A stretch of 64,000 nucleotides of DNA, from NCBI GenBank assembly GCA_964291405.2, contig OZ219926.1, positions 64,001 to 128,000 of the forward strand, written 5' to 3'. The stretch's first letter is position 1, and each line of letters begins with the position of its first letter. Source of the DNA: Thermodesulfobacteriota bacterium (GTDB lineage Bacteria; Desulfobacterota; Binatia; Bin18). Under the pieces are notes generated by a model, which worked only from the letters and a program-made list of their open reading frames with translations, was not told the DNA's origin and ran no database searches. Position numbers and translations under genes: made by a program. Shown in pieces: positions 28,310 to 37,894 of the stretch.

Positions 28310-28615
28310 TCAGACCGATAAGGCTTCGGACTTCTCTACCGTATATTTCTTTGCGTCCAGGGCTCCCGCCAGCAGGCTGGGGGCTTCTTTGAGAAAATTT
28401 TGCAGATGCTCGGTCTGAAAGTGGGCGGCAAGTGCCTCTTCTGACTCCCATTCCTCGAAGAGAAAGAAGGTATGTTCAGCGGTTGCCGCAGTGTGGAACT
28501 GATAACTGATGCAGCCCGGCTCTTTGAGGGTCTCCTCCACCATCTTGACGGCAAGAGCCTTGGCGTCATTCCAGCGCTCAGCCTTGACCGGGATTGTCCC
28601 TGCAATAACGATCAT
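28310..28615 (-). CDS. ABM-domain (putative quinol monooxygenase) protein
   Basis: EPGCISY, EEWESEEALAAHFQTEH. Confidence 0.9.
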   Translation of the reverse strand: MIVIAGTIPVKAERWNDAKALAVKMVEETLKEPGCISYQFHTAATAEHTFFLFEEWESEEALAAHFQTEHLQNFLKEAPSLLAGALDAKKYTVEKSEALSV

Positions 28616-28959
28616 ACGCGTCCTCCTTATCCGTTGAAGTATCGGTCGGCTAAGATCACGGCAGACTTGAACTCAGGAGAGAGGAAGAAAGCGGGAAGTA
28701 ATACAAGGGGATGTAACCGGAGTCAGACTTTATGCATAGAACTACCGGTAACGTCTGTCAAACAAATAATTTTTTGAAACCGTCTGACGGGTAAACTACA
28801 AAAATGAATATTGGACTATAGTCAGAAGCGAATATTCCGGAATTTTGGGGTTATCCATTCAGTTAAAAATGGACACTTTCCGACATGCCTGCTTTGTGAA
28901 CTTCACGAGAAGAGCAGGGAAAGATACGGTGGGGGTCATATCACCAGAAGGAGGGCACG

Positions 28960-29829
28960 ATGTCGGATTTTGAATCTGTCTTGTATGAGATCCCCGCGGA
29001 GCACATAGCACGTATTGTGTTAAACCGGCCGGAGACACGAAACGCTCAGGATACCAAGCTGCTGTATGAATTGAATGCGGCCTTTGACCGTGCGGCGCAA
29101 GATGATGCAGTTAAGGTCATTATCCTGGCTGCAAACGGGCCTCATTTTTCGTCCGGCCATGATCTGCGAGAGCCCAACGTGTACGAGAAAATGTCTGAAT
29201 TCGAGACGGTGGGAACCTGGTGCGGGTTTACCTGTGCGGGTGCCGAGAGGCAGATGGCGCGTGAGAAAGAAATCTACGTTGGCTTTTGTGAACGCTGGCG
29301 TAATATTCCCAAGCCAACGCTGGCCGCGGTACAAGGCAAGGTTATTGCCGGAGGACTGATGCTGATCTGGCCCTGCGATATCATTATCGCCAGCGACGAT
29401 GCGCAATTCTGCGACCCGGTGGTGAACTTTGGTATTGGCGGGGTAGAGTTTTTCGCTCACCCCTGGGAAGTCGGCGCGCGGAAGGCCAAAGAGATGCTCT
29501 TCACCTCAGACTGGCTATCGGTCGAAGAGGCGAAGCAACTCGGCATGGTGAATCAAATCGTCCCTCGGGAGAAACTCGACGAAACCGTATTAGCCATGGC
29601 CCAAAAGATTGCAAAAAAATCCCTGTTTGCCCTGAAGCTGACCAAAGAGGCGGTCAACGTGGCGGAAGATGCGCAGGGTCGGGTCCAATCCATGCAAACG
29701 TCTTTTGCCTTGCATCAACTTGCCCACACCCACTGGCTGGAGCAGTATGGCGTACTCTTGGACCCAACCGGCTTACCGCCTGAAACGGCCAAAGCCATCG
29801 GCGCAAAACTCAAGCAGAAAGAGACCTGA
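28960..29829 (+). CDS. Enoyl-CoA hydratase family protein
   Basis: LNRPETRNAQ, HFSSGHDL, PKPTLAAVQG, EFFAHPWE. Confidence 0.92.
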   Translation: MSDFESVLYEIPAEHIARIVLNRPETRNAQDTKLLYELNAAFDRAAQDDAVKVIILAANGPHFSSGHDLREPNVYEKMSEFETVGTWCGFTCAGAERQMAREKEIYVGFCERWRNIPKPTLAAVQGKVIAGGLMLIWPCDIIIASDDAQFCDPVVNFGIGGVEFFAHPWEVGARKAKEMLFTSDWLSVEEAKQLGMVNQIVPREKLDETVLAMAQKIAKKSLFALKLTKEAVNVAEDAQGRVQSMQTSFALHQLAHTHWLEQYGVLLDPTGLPPETAKAIGAKLKQKET

Positions 29830-29838
29830 GGACGAGCA

Positions 29839-29890
29839 AAGAGGAAACGTGTCCAGCATCTCAACGCTATTGGAGGACTCGTTTCCTCTT
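29839..29890 (+). repeat. Dispersed hairpin element, copy 3
   Basis: AAGAGGAAACGTGTCC-AGCATCTCAACGCTATTGGA-GGACTCGTTTCCTCTT; compensatory T-A to G-C. Confidence 0.88.
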
Positions 29891-29894
29891 CGAG

Positions 29895-30920
29895 TTAGAA
29901 GGCTGTTTTCCAGCCTCCCTGGGGCTGGATGTTCTTGGCTTCAGGGATCACGCTGGCGCTAAACTGCTGCATCTGGTCTTCAAGCTCGGACAGTTGTCCG
30001 GACGGGCAGTCAAAGAAACATACCATCAGTCCATAGCCTTCTTTGGCAAAACCGTGGAGGTCTTCGAGGACTTGTTCTGCCGTGCCCGTACAGATGCGGC
30101 GTGGTTGCTCCTGACTGAGAGGGTCGGACGGTGAGGTGAGGCGGGCCGAACTCACGCCCATCATGATAAACTCATCGTGCGGACGACCGATTGCATCCAG
30201 CTCTTTTCGGATCAATGTTTGTTCTTTGGTGTAACGGTCCGGCCGCGCAAAGGGATCGAGAAAAATCGGATAAAAGCCGTCGCATAAGCGTGCTGCCCGT
30301 CGGGCGCCGCCAGGGGTGACGCCGCCATAGATAATCGGGGGTGGCTGTTGCAGCGGCTTGGGGTCCATGGACAGCGAGGCAAACTGATAAAAACGGCCTT
30401 GGTAGCTGACGACATCGTCCGTCCACGAGCGCTTGTAGACCTCTATACATTCGTCGGTCCGCGGGCCACGTTCGGCATAGGGAATACCGATGGCGCCGAA
30501 CTCCTCCTGCATCCAGCCGGCCCCAACTCCGAACAGCAGCCGCCCTTTTGAGAGCTGATCGATGGTCGCAAACTGGCGGGCGTCGCTAAGGGGGTTGCGA
30601 TAGGGGGAAATGAGGACACTCGTGCCGAGCTTGAGGCTGGTCGTCGTATGGGCAACGGCGCCCATCACCACGGCAGCGTCGAACATGGTATGGCGCGGCT
30701 CATAGGCTCGACTGCCTGAGGCGTTAGCGACATGCTCGCTTTCCGAGGCCATGGGCATACACACATGGTCCGGAAACCACATGGAGTGAAAGCCCAGGCG
30801 TTCCGCGAACTGGGCGGTTTCTACTGGCTGAAGCTGATCCGCGGGAAGGGAACGGGCCAGGACGTTCTGGTCATCCCGATAGGCTAGGCCGTGCGTAGTC
30901 GCATATATGCCAATTTCCAT
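29895..30920 (-). CDS. LLM-class probable F420-dependent oxidoreductase
   Basis: AERLGFHSMWFPDHV, LGTSVLISPYRNP, GRLLFGVGAGW. Confidence 0.9.
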   Translation of the reverse strand: MEIGIYATTHGLAYRDDQNVLARSLPADQLQPVETAQFAERLGFHSMWFPDHVCMPMASESEHVANASGSRAYEPRHTMFDAAVVMGAVAHTTTSLKLGTSVLISPYRNPLSDARQFATIDQLSKGRLLFGVGAGWMQEEFGAIGIPYAERGPRTDECIEVYKRSWTDDVVSYQGRFYQFASLSMDPKPLQQPPPIIYGGVTPGGARRAARLCDGFYPIFLDPFARPDRYTKEQTLIRKELDAIGRPHDEFIMMGVSSARLTSPSDPLSQEQPRRICTGTAEQVLEDLHGFAKEGYGLMVCFFDCPSGQLSELEDQMQQFSASVIPEAKNIQPQGGWKTAF

Positions 30921-31017
30921 ACGTCTCCCTGTGTGCATATGTTATGGCGCTGTCTAGTCAATGAAGACATTGAGAGCGCGGACGCACGAGTGTTCTTTAC
31001 CCTACGAAGCGACCTGG

Positions 31018-31254
31018 TTAAGCGGCTTGCTTCCCCAGCGCGGCTTGGATTTCCCTATTGTCGGGAAAGACGCCGGTTTTGAGCTTGGAGTAAATTTTTG
31101 CCCCGTTGACAATGACCTCGAACCGGCCGTCGTCATACGGGACCAGGGTCAGTCCCTGAACCTGTTGTTTGTTGTGGGTCAATATATATTCCGCCAAACT
31201 GACGGCTTCGGGCTCATAGCTTCACGCTGCGCAATATTCAATTTGGATATTCAT
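31018..31254 (-). CDS. Rdx/SelW-like selenoprotein (CxxU; in-frame TGA at 31222-31224 read as Sec)
   Basis: CAGGAGG RBS; MNIQIEYCAA-U-SYEPEAVSLAEYILTHNKQQVQGLTLVPYDDGRFEVIVNGAKIYSKLKTGVFPDNREIQAALGKQAA*; Rdx motifs (G.FEV..NG..IYSK...G.FP) continue past the TGA. Confidence 0.9.
31191..31221 (-). promoter_or_regulatory. Candidate bacterial SECIS element
   Basis: CCGTCA-GTT-TGGCGG stem-loop; the loop G lies about 22 nt after the UGA. Confidence 0.65.
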
Positions 31255-31402
31255 ACTGCCTCCTGTCTGCGATCTGTACCACACTCGGGAATCAGGCTCA
31301 ACGAAATGAGCGGTGCGAGACAGGCTGACTTTGCTTTCTTGACCCGTGTGGTCTATGCTCCGGTCAAAGAAGCGTAAATTCCCTGTGTGAAGGAGAGGGA
31401 CC

Positions 31403-32710
31403 ATGAATTGGCGTGATCATTGTGGAGATAAGCTGGTCTCTGCTCAAGAGGCGGTCGGGTGTGTGCGTAATGGTGACTCTGTACAGTTCAATTGGTTACA
31501 CGCCACCCCGCTCTCGCTGTGCGAGGCCCTTCTCGGGCGTAAAGAAGAGCTGCGCGAAGTAAAAATTGGCACCATCGGTCCGCTTTTTGATTGGGACCAA
31601 CCTGGCGCGGACCAGGCCTTCACCATTCAGACTCCTTACTTAGGCACGACCACCCGTCCGCTCATGGGAAAAAAGAATATGGACTTCATTCCGGTGATGT
31701 ATTATCGCCGGGGTGAACTCCCCCCAGGCATAGTCTGCGACGTGTATATGACTCCGGTTTCCGCGCCCGACAAGCACGGTTATTGCAGTTTTGGACATAG
31801 CTTATTCATGTCCAAAACGATGGCTGCCGCGGCTCGGACGGTCGTAGCCGAGGTCCAGGAAGACTTTATTCGAACCGGCGGAGAGAATTATATTCATGTG
31901 TCTGAGATCGATTATTTTGTAGAACCCACGCGGCCTGCGGCCGAACTCCCGGCCACGCAACGCAGTGAAGAAGAAACTGCTATGACCGAGGTCATCTGTA
32001 CCCTGGTTGCCAACGAACTCATTCACGACGGAGATACCATTCAAATCGGTTTGGGCAGCGTTTCCTCCCCGCTCGGCATGTATTTAGGCAATAAGAACGA
32101 TCTGGGTATTCACACCGAGGTGATTCCCGGCGGCATTGCCCGCCTGGTGAAGGAAGGCGTTATTACCGGAAAGTACAAGACGGTGAACCCCGGTAAGGTC
32201 GTTGCCAGCGCCGGGATTGGGGTGTTCCCGGATGAGCTGTCGATTATCGACGGAAACCCGAATTTTGAGTTTTACGACTTCACCTACACGGATGATTTAC
32301 GGTTGCTGGTCAATCAAGAGCACTATGTTGCCGTCAATAACGCCCTCGCCGTAGACTTGGGCGGGCAGGCCTGCTCCGAGTCGTTCGGTCCGTTCATGTA
32401 TACCGGAACGGGTGGTCAGACTATTTTTACGATCACTGCGGCCTACTGTAACCCGGGTCGGTCGGTAATTGTCACGCCGTCGAGCGCCGAGGTTAACGAC
32501 CGCCGGGTCTCGCGGATTGTACCCATGCTTGAGCCCGGCAGCGTGGTGACCGCGCAGCGGACTTTTGTTGACTATGTGGTGACCGAATTCGGGATCGCCG
32601 AACTCAAGGGCAAGTCTCTCAAGCAGCGTGCGGCTGCGCTCCTGGAGGTTGCTCATCCCGATTTCCAGCCGGACCTCAGACGTGAAGCCGAGCGCATTTA
32701 TCACATATAG
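31403..32710 (+). CDS. Acetyl-CoA hydrolase/transferase family (4-hydroxybutyrate CoA-transferase-like)
   Basis: [46 protein letters not shown]. Confidence 0.92.
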   Translation: MNWRDHCGDKLVSAQEAVGCVRNGDSVQFNWLHATPLSLCEALLGRKEELREVKIGTIGPLFDWDQPGADQAFTIQTPYLGTTTRPLMGKKNMDFIPVMYYRRGELPPGIVCDVYMTPVSAPDKHGYCSFGHSLFMSKTMAAAARTVVAEVQEDFIRTGGENYIHVSEIDYFVEPTRPAAELPATQRSEEETAMTEVICTLVANELIHDGDTIQIGLGSVSSPLGMYLGNKNDLGIHTEVIPGGIARLVKEGVITGKYKTVNPGKVVASAGIGVFPDELSIIDGNPNFEFYDFTYTDDLRLLVNQEHYVAVNNALAVDLGGQACSESFGPFMYTGTGGQTIFTITAAYCNPGRSVIVTPSSAEVNDRRVSRIVPMLEPGSVVTAQRTFVDYVVTEFGIAELKGKSLKQRAAALLEVAHPDFQPDLRREAERIYHI

Positions 32711-32733
32711 AGAGTTCTCATCAGCAGGTCGGC

Positions 32734-34803
32734 ATGTCGGAAAAATTCACGAACCGTTTGGCGACGGAGACGAGTCCCTATTTGCTCCAACATGCCCACA
32801 ACCCGGTGGACTGGTACCCGTGGGGCGCAGAGGCTTTTGCCAAAGCCCAGGCTGAAGACAAACCGATTCTGCTGAGCGTTGGCTATTCGGCGTGCCACTG
32901 GTGCCACGTTATGGCGCACGAGTCCTTTGAGAACGAACACATTGCCGCGCTGATGAATAAGCTGTTCGTCAATGTCAAGGTTGACCGGGAAGAACGACCG
33001 GATGTTGATGAAATCTATATGAATGCGGTGCAGATGCTGATCGGTCGCGGCGGCTGGCCGATGACGGTGTTTCTCACCCCAGATGGCAAGCCGTTCTATG
33101 GCGGAACCTATTTCCCGCCCGAGGACCGCCATAACATCCCCGCGTTTCCACGAGTCCTGGCGGGCATCGCCCAAGCCTATCGGGAAAAACCCGCGGATGT
33201 CACACAATCTACCACTGAGATTTTGGACCGGCTTGAGCAACTTGCCCGGCGTGAGCCAACGACGCGGCCACTGGATGTGTCGGTGTTGGAGAAAGCGATT
33301 GAAGGACTGGCCCAACACTATGATGAGACCCACGGCGGGATAGGGCAGGCTCCTAAATTCCCGAACACCTCCGTTTTTGCGCTGTTTTTGCGCTACGCCC
33401 ACGCAACCGGCAATCATCGCTACCTGGACATGACCACACATACGCTCCGCAAAATGGCGCAAGGCGGCATGTACGACCATCTCGGGGGAGGCTTTCACCG
33501 TTATTCGGTCGACGAGCGCTGGCTGGTGCCCCATTTTGAGAAGATGCTGTACGACAACGCGCTTCTGACCAGACTCTATCTTGAAGGCTACCAGGCCAGC
33601 GGAGACCCCTTCTTTCGACAGGTTGTGGAGGACATATTAGCCTATGTCGAGCGGGAGATGGTCAGCCCAGGGGGAGGATTTTATTCAACCCAGGACGCCG
33701 ACTCGGAAGGCGCGGAAGGCAAGTTCTTTGTTTGGGGCCAAGACGAAGTGATGCGAATCTTGGGCGACGAGGTGGGGGAGATATTCTGTCGTTATTACGA
33801 TGTCACGGATGTCGGAAATTTCGAGCGGAAGAACATCCTGCATCCTACGCTGGAACTGGACCAACTGGCGCGGCTCTTCCGGCGTGAGGTAGATGACGTA
33901 AAGCAGTTGATCGGCCAGGCCAAAGACACTCTCTTCGCGATCCGTGAACAGCGGGTGAAACCGGGCCGCGATGAGAAAATTCTGACCAGTTGGAACGGCC
34001 TCATGATTTCGGCGTTTGCCGAGGCGTATAAGGTGTTGGGCAATCCCGACTATCTTGAAGTCGCACGGCGCGGGATCCGTTTTACTCAGACTACCCTGTG
34101 TCGTGAGGGTCGCTTGCTGCGCAGTTATAAGGACGGGCAAGCCAAATTCAACGCCTATCTTGACGACTACGCCTGTTTCAGCGCGGCCTTACTCGACGTG
34201 TATGAAGCGACCTTTGAGCCGGAATATCTGGACGGAGCAGTGGCCTTGACCGACGTGCTGCTGGACCGTTTCTGGGACGCACAGGAGGGAGGGTTCTTTT
34301 TCACCAGCTCAGACCATGAAGCGCTGATCAGCCGGTCAAAGTCCGCCTTTGACGGGTCTGTTCCGTCGGGGAATTCCGTGGCCGCTTCTGTTCTGCTACG
34401 CCTCTATTATGCCACTGAGCAGCAAGACTATCTGACCAAAGCGGAAACGATCTTCCGGCTATTCTACGACGCCCTGGAGCAGAATCCCTTCGGCTTCAGC
34501 AACATGTTGTGCGGGCTGGATTTGTACCTGCGCCGGCCCAAGGAAATCGTTCTCCTGGGAGATCCGGTCGCTCCTGAAACCACGACGCTGCTGCGCAACA
34601 TTCATGGGGATTTTATTCCGAACAAGACGCTCTTGTGTTTCGACCCTGAACGGCCGCCACAGCAGGGCATCCCGAGTTTGCTCGAAGGTAAGACGCGGAT
34701 TGAAGACCAACTGACTGCCTATGTCTGTCATAATTTTGCCTGTTCCTTGCCGGTTACAAGTTGGGAAGAGCTGCAAGCATTGGTAACTCCGACACGGCAC
34801 TGA
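32734..34803 (+). CDS. YyaL/DUF255 thioredoxin-domain protein (SPATA20-like)
   Basis: [48 protein letters not shown]. Confidence 0.95.
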   Translation: MSEKFTNRLATETSPYLLQHAHNPVDWYPWGAEAFAKAQAEDKPILLSVGYSACHWCHVMAHESFENEHIAALMNKLFVNVKVDREERPDVDEIYMNAVQMLIGRGGWPMTVFLTPDGKPFYGGTYFPPEDRHNIPAFPRVLAGIAQAYREKPADVTQSTTEILDRLEQLARREPTTRPLDVSVLEKAIEGLAQHYDETHGGIGQAPKFPNTSVFALFLRYAHATGNHRYLDMTTHTLRKMAQGGMYDHLGGGFHRYSVDERWLVPHFEKMLYDNALLTRLYLEGYQASGDPFFRQVVEDILAYVEREMVSPGGGFYSTQDADSEGAEGKFFVWGQDEVMRILGDEVGEIFCRYYDVTDVGNFERKNILHPTLELDQLARLFRREVDDVKQLIGQAKDTLFAIREQRVKPGRDEKILTSWNGLMISAFAEAYKVLGNPDYLEVARRGIRFTQTTLCREGRLLRSYKDGQAKFNAYLDDYACFSAALLDVYEATFEPEYLDGAVALTDVLLDRFWDAQEGGFFFTSSDHEALISRSKSAFDGSVPSGNSVAASVLLRLYYATEQQDYLTKAETIFRLFYDALEQNPFGFSNMLCGLDLYLRRPKEIVLLGDPVAPETTTLLRNIHGDFIPNKTLLCFDPERPPQQGIPSLLEGKTRIEDQLTAYVCHNFACSLPVTSWEELQALVTPTRH

Positions 34804-34848
34804 GGACGGCACTATCCGTCCTCAGCGGGGTCGAAGGAGGAGAGGATT

Positions 34849-35445
34849 ATGCGATTTGTGAGCGGGCTCTTGCAGGTTGTTTTTTTTCTGGCTGTGGTGT
34901 TGACGTCTCTCCTGGCCGCCGGACTTATTTCCAACGATCTACCGTGGAGTAACCCCCCAGGGATGGGAACTCGGCTGGTGACCTATCTGTCGACGAATGT
35001 TGCGGAAACCACGTCAGACTCGGCCTTTCCCGAACTCCGGCCACGTACCTATGCGGCACCGGCTGCTTTGATGTTTGATGTTGCTCGTCGGGCAGCCGAG
35101 GCACTCCACTGGGAGTTAGGTACGGTTGAGCCTGAAGCGCGGAAAATAGAAGCCGTAGCGACGACGAGAGTCATTAAATTCAAGGATGATGTCACCATCT
35201 GGGTCAAGGCTGATGGGGAGGAGCGGAGTACGCTCTTCGCGCGTTCAGCCTCGCGTGCCGGCGTGGTAGATTTAGGGGCAAATACTCGCCACATCATGGA
35301 CTTGTTTGAAACCGTGGATATCATCGCTCCGGTAACGGCCGTAGTAGATAAAGAGGAGACGGCTGAAGAATCCCAAACTTCTTCCGAGGCAATGCCCACA
35401 GAAAGTGACACCCCGCCTGCAACGGAAGATCCGTCACAGGAATAA
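34849..35445 (+). CDS. DUF1499-like protein
   Basis: N-terminal TM helix; EAVATT...KFKDDVTI, RSASR.G..DLGAN. Confidence 0.8.
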   Translation: MRFVSGLLQVVFFLAVVLTSLLAAGLISNDLPWSNPPGMGTRLVTYLSTNVAETTSDSAFPELRPRTYAAPAALMFDVARRAAEALHWELGTVEPEARKIEAVATTRVIKFKDDVTIWVKADGEERSTLFARSASRAGVVDLGANTRHIMDLFETVDIIAPVTAVVDKEETAEESQTSSEAMPTESDTPPATEDPSQE

Positions 35446-35455
35446 CGCAGGAACA

Positions 35456-35734
35456 ATGTCTCAGCAGCCGCGGGTCGAGATCGTCTATTGTCCGCAATGT
35501 GGCTGGCTCTTGCGGGCGAGCTGGATGGCACAAGAACTGCTCACCACTTTTCCCGACGAACTGGGGGAGGTGGCGTTGGTTCCGGGTGGAAGCGGCATTT
35601 TTGACATACGGCTGAATAATGAACTGATCTGGTCACGCCATGAACAGGGAAGCTTTCCTGAAATCAAAGTTCTCAAACGATCCATACGAGATACCATTGC
35701 CCCGCACAGAAACCTGGGCCACATTGATCGCTAA
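35456..35734 (+). CDS. SelT/SelW/SelH (Rdx) family protein, Cys form
   Basis: IVYCPQCGWLLRASWMAQELLTTF, G.FDI, RD.IAP.R.LGH.DR. Confidence 0.95.
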   Translation: MSQQPRVEIVYCPQCGWLLRASWMAQELLTTFPDELGEVALVPGGSGIFDIRLNNELIWSRHEQGSFPEIKVLKRSIRDTIAPHRNLGHIDR

Positions 35735-35746
35735 TGGCATCCCACT

Positions 35747-36658
35747 GTGACCTGGGTTGAGATTTCCATTGCCGCCGGCGTCTTCCTGACTCTGCGGAAC
35801 GCGCTAGCACGGACCCTGTCCGGCCGAGTGTCTCCCGTCCTTATCAGTTGGGCACGCTTTGCGTTTAATTTGCCGTTCTCAGGCCCCGCGGTGCTCATGC
35901 TGATGGCTGCGAGTGGCGTACCGCAGTTGTCGTTCGCATTCTATGGGTATTGCTTTTTGACAGGGGTTGCCCAGATTCTTGCCAATATCGCCTTGGTCTC
36001 CGCCTTTCAGCATACCAATTTTGCGCAGGCTATTGTCTTGCACAAACTGGAAGTGCTCTTCACCGCTTTGTGTGGCCTCATGTTTTTTGCAGAATATCCG
36101 TCAGCCTTCGGTTGGGTCGGTATTACCGCTTCCAGCCTGGGCGTGATGCTGATGAATCTCGGCAAAGAGGGTGGGCCTGCTGGCTGGCGTCGAGCCCTAC
36201 ATTTTGACCTGGGAACCTTACTCGCAGGTGCATGTGCCATCTTTCTTGTGTTCGCTAGTTTTCTGTTGAAGGAGGCTACCATGGAGTTTGCCGCCTTAAA
36301 CCCCCACTTTGGAACAAGTCGCTTCGAGGCTGCTGTTCACGCCGTATTTCATACCACTTGGATAGAGATTGTGATGCTGACGGCCTACCTGTGGTGGCTG
36401 AAGCGCGAAGAATTGCAGGATATTACAACCCACTGGCGTCGGATGGCGCTTATTGGGGCGACGAGCTTCGGCGGCAGTATCTGTGCCTTTTGGTCATACT
36501 CACTGACCCTGGTGGTGTACGCCAAGGCGGTTGCTCAGATTGAAGCCGTGGTGGCGATTGTGCTGGCGCTCGTTCTGTGGCGTGAAAAAGAAGTCTGGCG
36601 CCAGTTCCCCGGTACTGTCCTCGTCATTATCGGGATAGGGATTATTCTGCTGGGATGA
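35747..36658 (+). CDS. EamA/DMT family transporter
   Basis: About 10 TM helices in two repeats; ARFAF.LPF, KLEV, C-terminal WREK. Confidence 0.85.
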   Translation: MTWVEISIAAGVFLTLRNALARTLSGRVSPVLISWARFAFNLPFSGPAVLMLMAASGVPQLSFAFYGYCFLTGVAQILANIALVSAFQHTNFAQAIVLHKLEVLFTALCGLMFFAEYPSAFGWVGITASSLGVMLMNLGKEGGPAGWRRALHFDLGTLLAGACAIFLVFASFLLKEATMEFAALNPHFGTSRFEAAVHAVFHTTWIEIVMLTAYLWWLKREELQDITTHWRRMALIGATSFGGSICAFWSYSLTLVVYAKAVAQIEAVVAIVLALVLWREKEVWRQFPGTVLVIIGIGIILLG

Positions 36659-36820
36659 ATATGTACACCGCTCCAGGATGTACTACTGTGGGTCTTCAAC
36701 GTTTTCTGACTCATACTCTCTCGAATATTTCGTCCGGAATATTTTTCTGGACGGCTGCCACATTGTGGCATACGATTGAATTTACCAACTCTGTCAAGCA
36801 GTCTATGAGGAGGCTTTGCC

Positions 36821-37840
36821 GTGAGCCTACCACAATCGAGTCGTTTGCAATTTACCCAGGATCTCACCATCTGTCGTATTCTTAACGGCTTGTGGCAGGT
36901 GTCTGGAGGACACGGGCGCATTAATCCCCAAGCCGCAGTCCGGGAGATGTTTGACTATCATGAGACTGGCTTCACCTCGTGGGATCTTGCTGATCACTAT
37001 GGTCCGGCTGAGGATTTTATCGGCGACTTCCGGCGTCAGCTCGCGAAGTCGCGCAGTACTGAAGCACTCCCTAGCATCCAGGCCTTTACCAAATGGGTCC
37101 CGCGCCCTGGCCGCATGACACGTGAGGTAGTAGAGCACAATATCGACATCTCTTTAAGTCGCATGGATGTAGAGACGCTTGATCTCTTGCAGTTTCACTG
37201 GTGGGACTATGGTGATAAACGCTATTTGGATGCACTCAAACACCTCTCCGATCTCAAAGAAGAGGGCAAGCTTCGCCATCTTGCCTTGACCAACTTCGAT
37301 ACTGAGCATCTCAGAATCATTACCGAGCACGGCATCACAATCGTTTCCAATCAAGTCCAGTTTTCCCTGATTGACCGCCGACCAGAGATCGAGATGATCC
37401 CGTTTTGCCAAGCGCATGACATCCAGTTGCTGACCTATGGGACAGTGTGCGGCGGGCTGCTGTCTGAACAGTTTCTTGGCCGGCGTGAGCCGGGTCAGTG
37501 GTCGCTGAAGACAGCCAGCCTTCAGAAATATAAACAGATGATCGATGCCTGGGGTGGGTGGCAACTCTTCCAAGAACTGTTGGGCTGTCTCAAGGATATT
37601 GCCGAGAAGCATGCAGTGAGCATCGCTAATATCGCCACCCATTACATCCTCACCAAACCTCGCGTGGCTGGCGTTATTCTTGGCACCCGGCTGGGTGTTT
37701 CTGAGCACCGGGCCGACAACGTGCGCGTTTTTGATATGACGCTCGACGCAGGGGAGCTTGATCTGGTGCATAGCCTCCTGAGCCACTCGAACAACCTCTT
37801 TCAGTCCATTGGCGATTGTGGAGATGAGTACCGGAATTAG
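36821..37840 (+). CDS. Aldo/keto reductase
   Basis: GLWQ, DLADHYGPAE, FTKW, LDLLQFHWWD, NQVQFSLIDRR. Confidence 0.93.
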   Translation: MSLPQSSRLQFTQDLTICRILNGLWQVSGGHGRINPQAAVREMFDYHETGFTSWDLADHYGPAEDFIGDFRRQLAKSRSTEALPSIQAFTKWVPRPGRMTREVVEHNIDISLSRMDVETLDLLQFHWWDYGDKRYLDALKHLSDLKEEGKLRHLALTNFDTEHLRIITEHGITIVSNQVQFSLIDRRPEIEMIPFCQAHDIQLLTYGTVCGGLLSEQFLGRREPGQWSLKTASLQKYKQMIDAWGGWQLFQELLGCLKDIAEKHAVSIANIATHYILTKPRVAGVILGTRLGVSEHRADNVRVFDMTLDAGELDLVHSLLSHSNNLFQSIGDCGDEYRN

Positions 37841-37894
37841 ACTGAGCATGGCAATCAGTTGTAGCGGACGGGGACAGAAACGGAGTGTCTGGCG

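Noticed and set aside
28851-28859. DnaA box / oriC
   Set aside because: Single 7/9 match (TTATCCATT) with no box cluster or dnaA nearby.
30961-31377. 138-aa plus-strand ORF
   Set aside because: Antisense shadow of the selenoprotein gene; no motif of its own.
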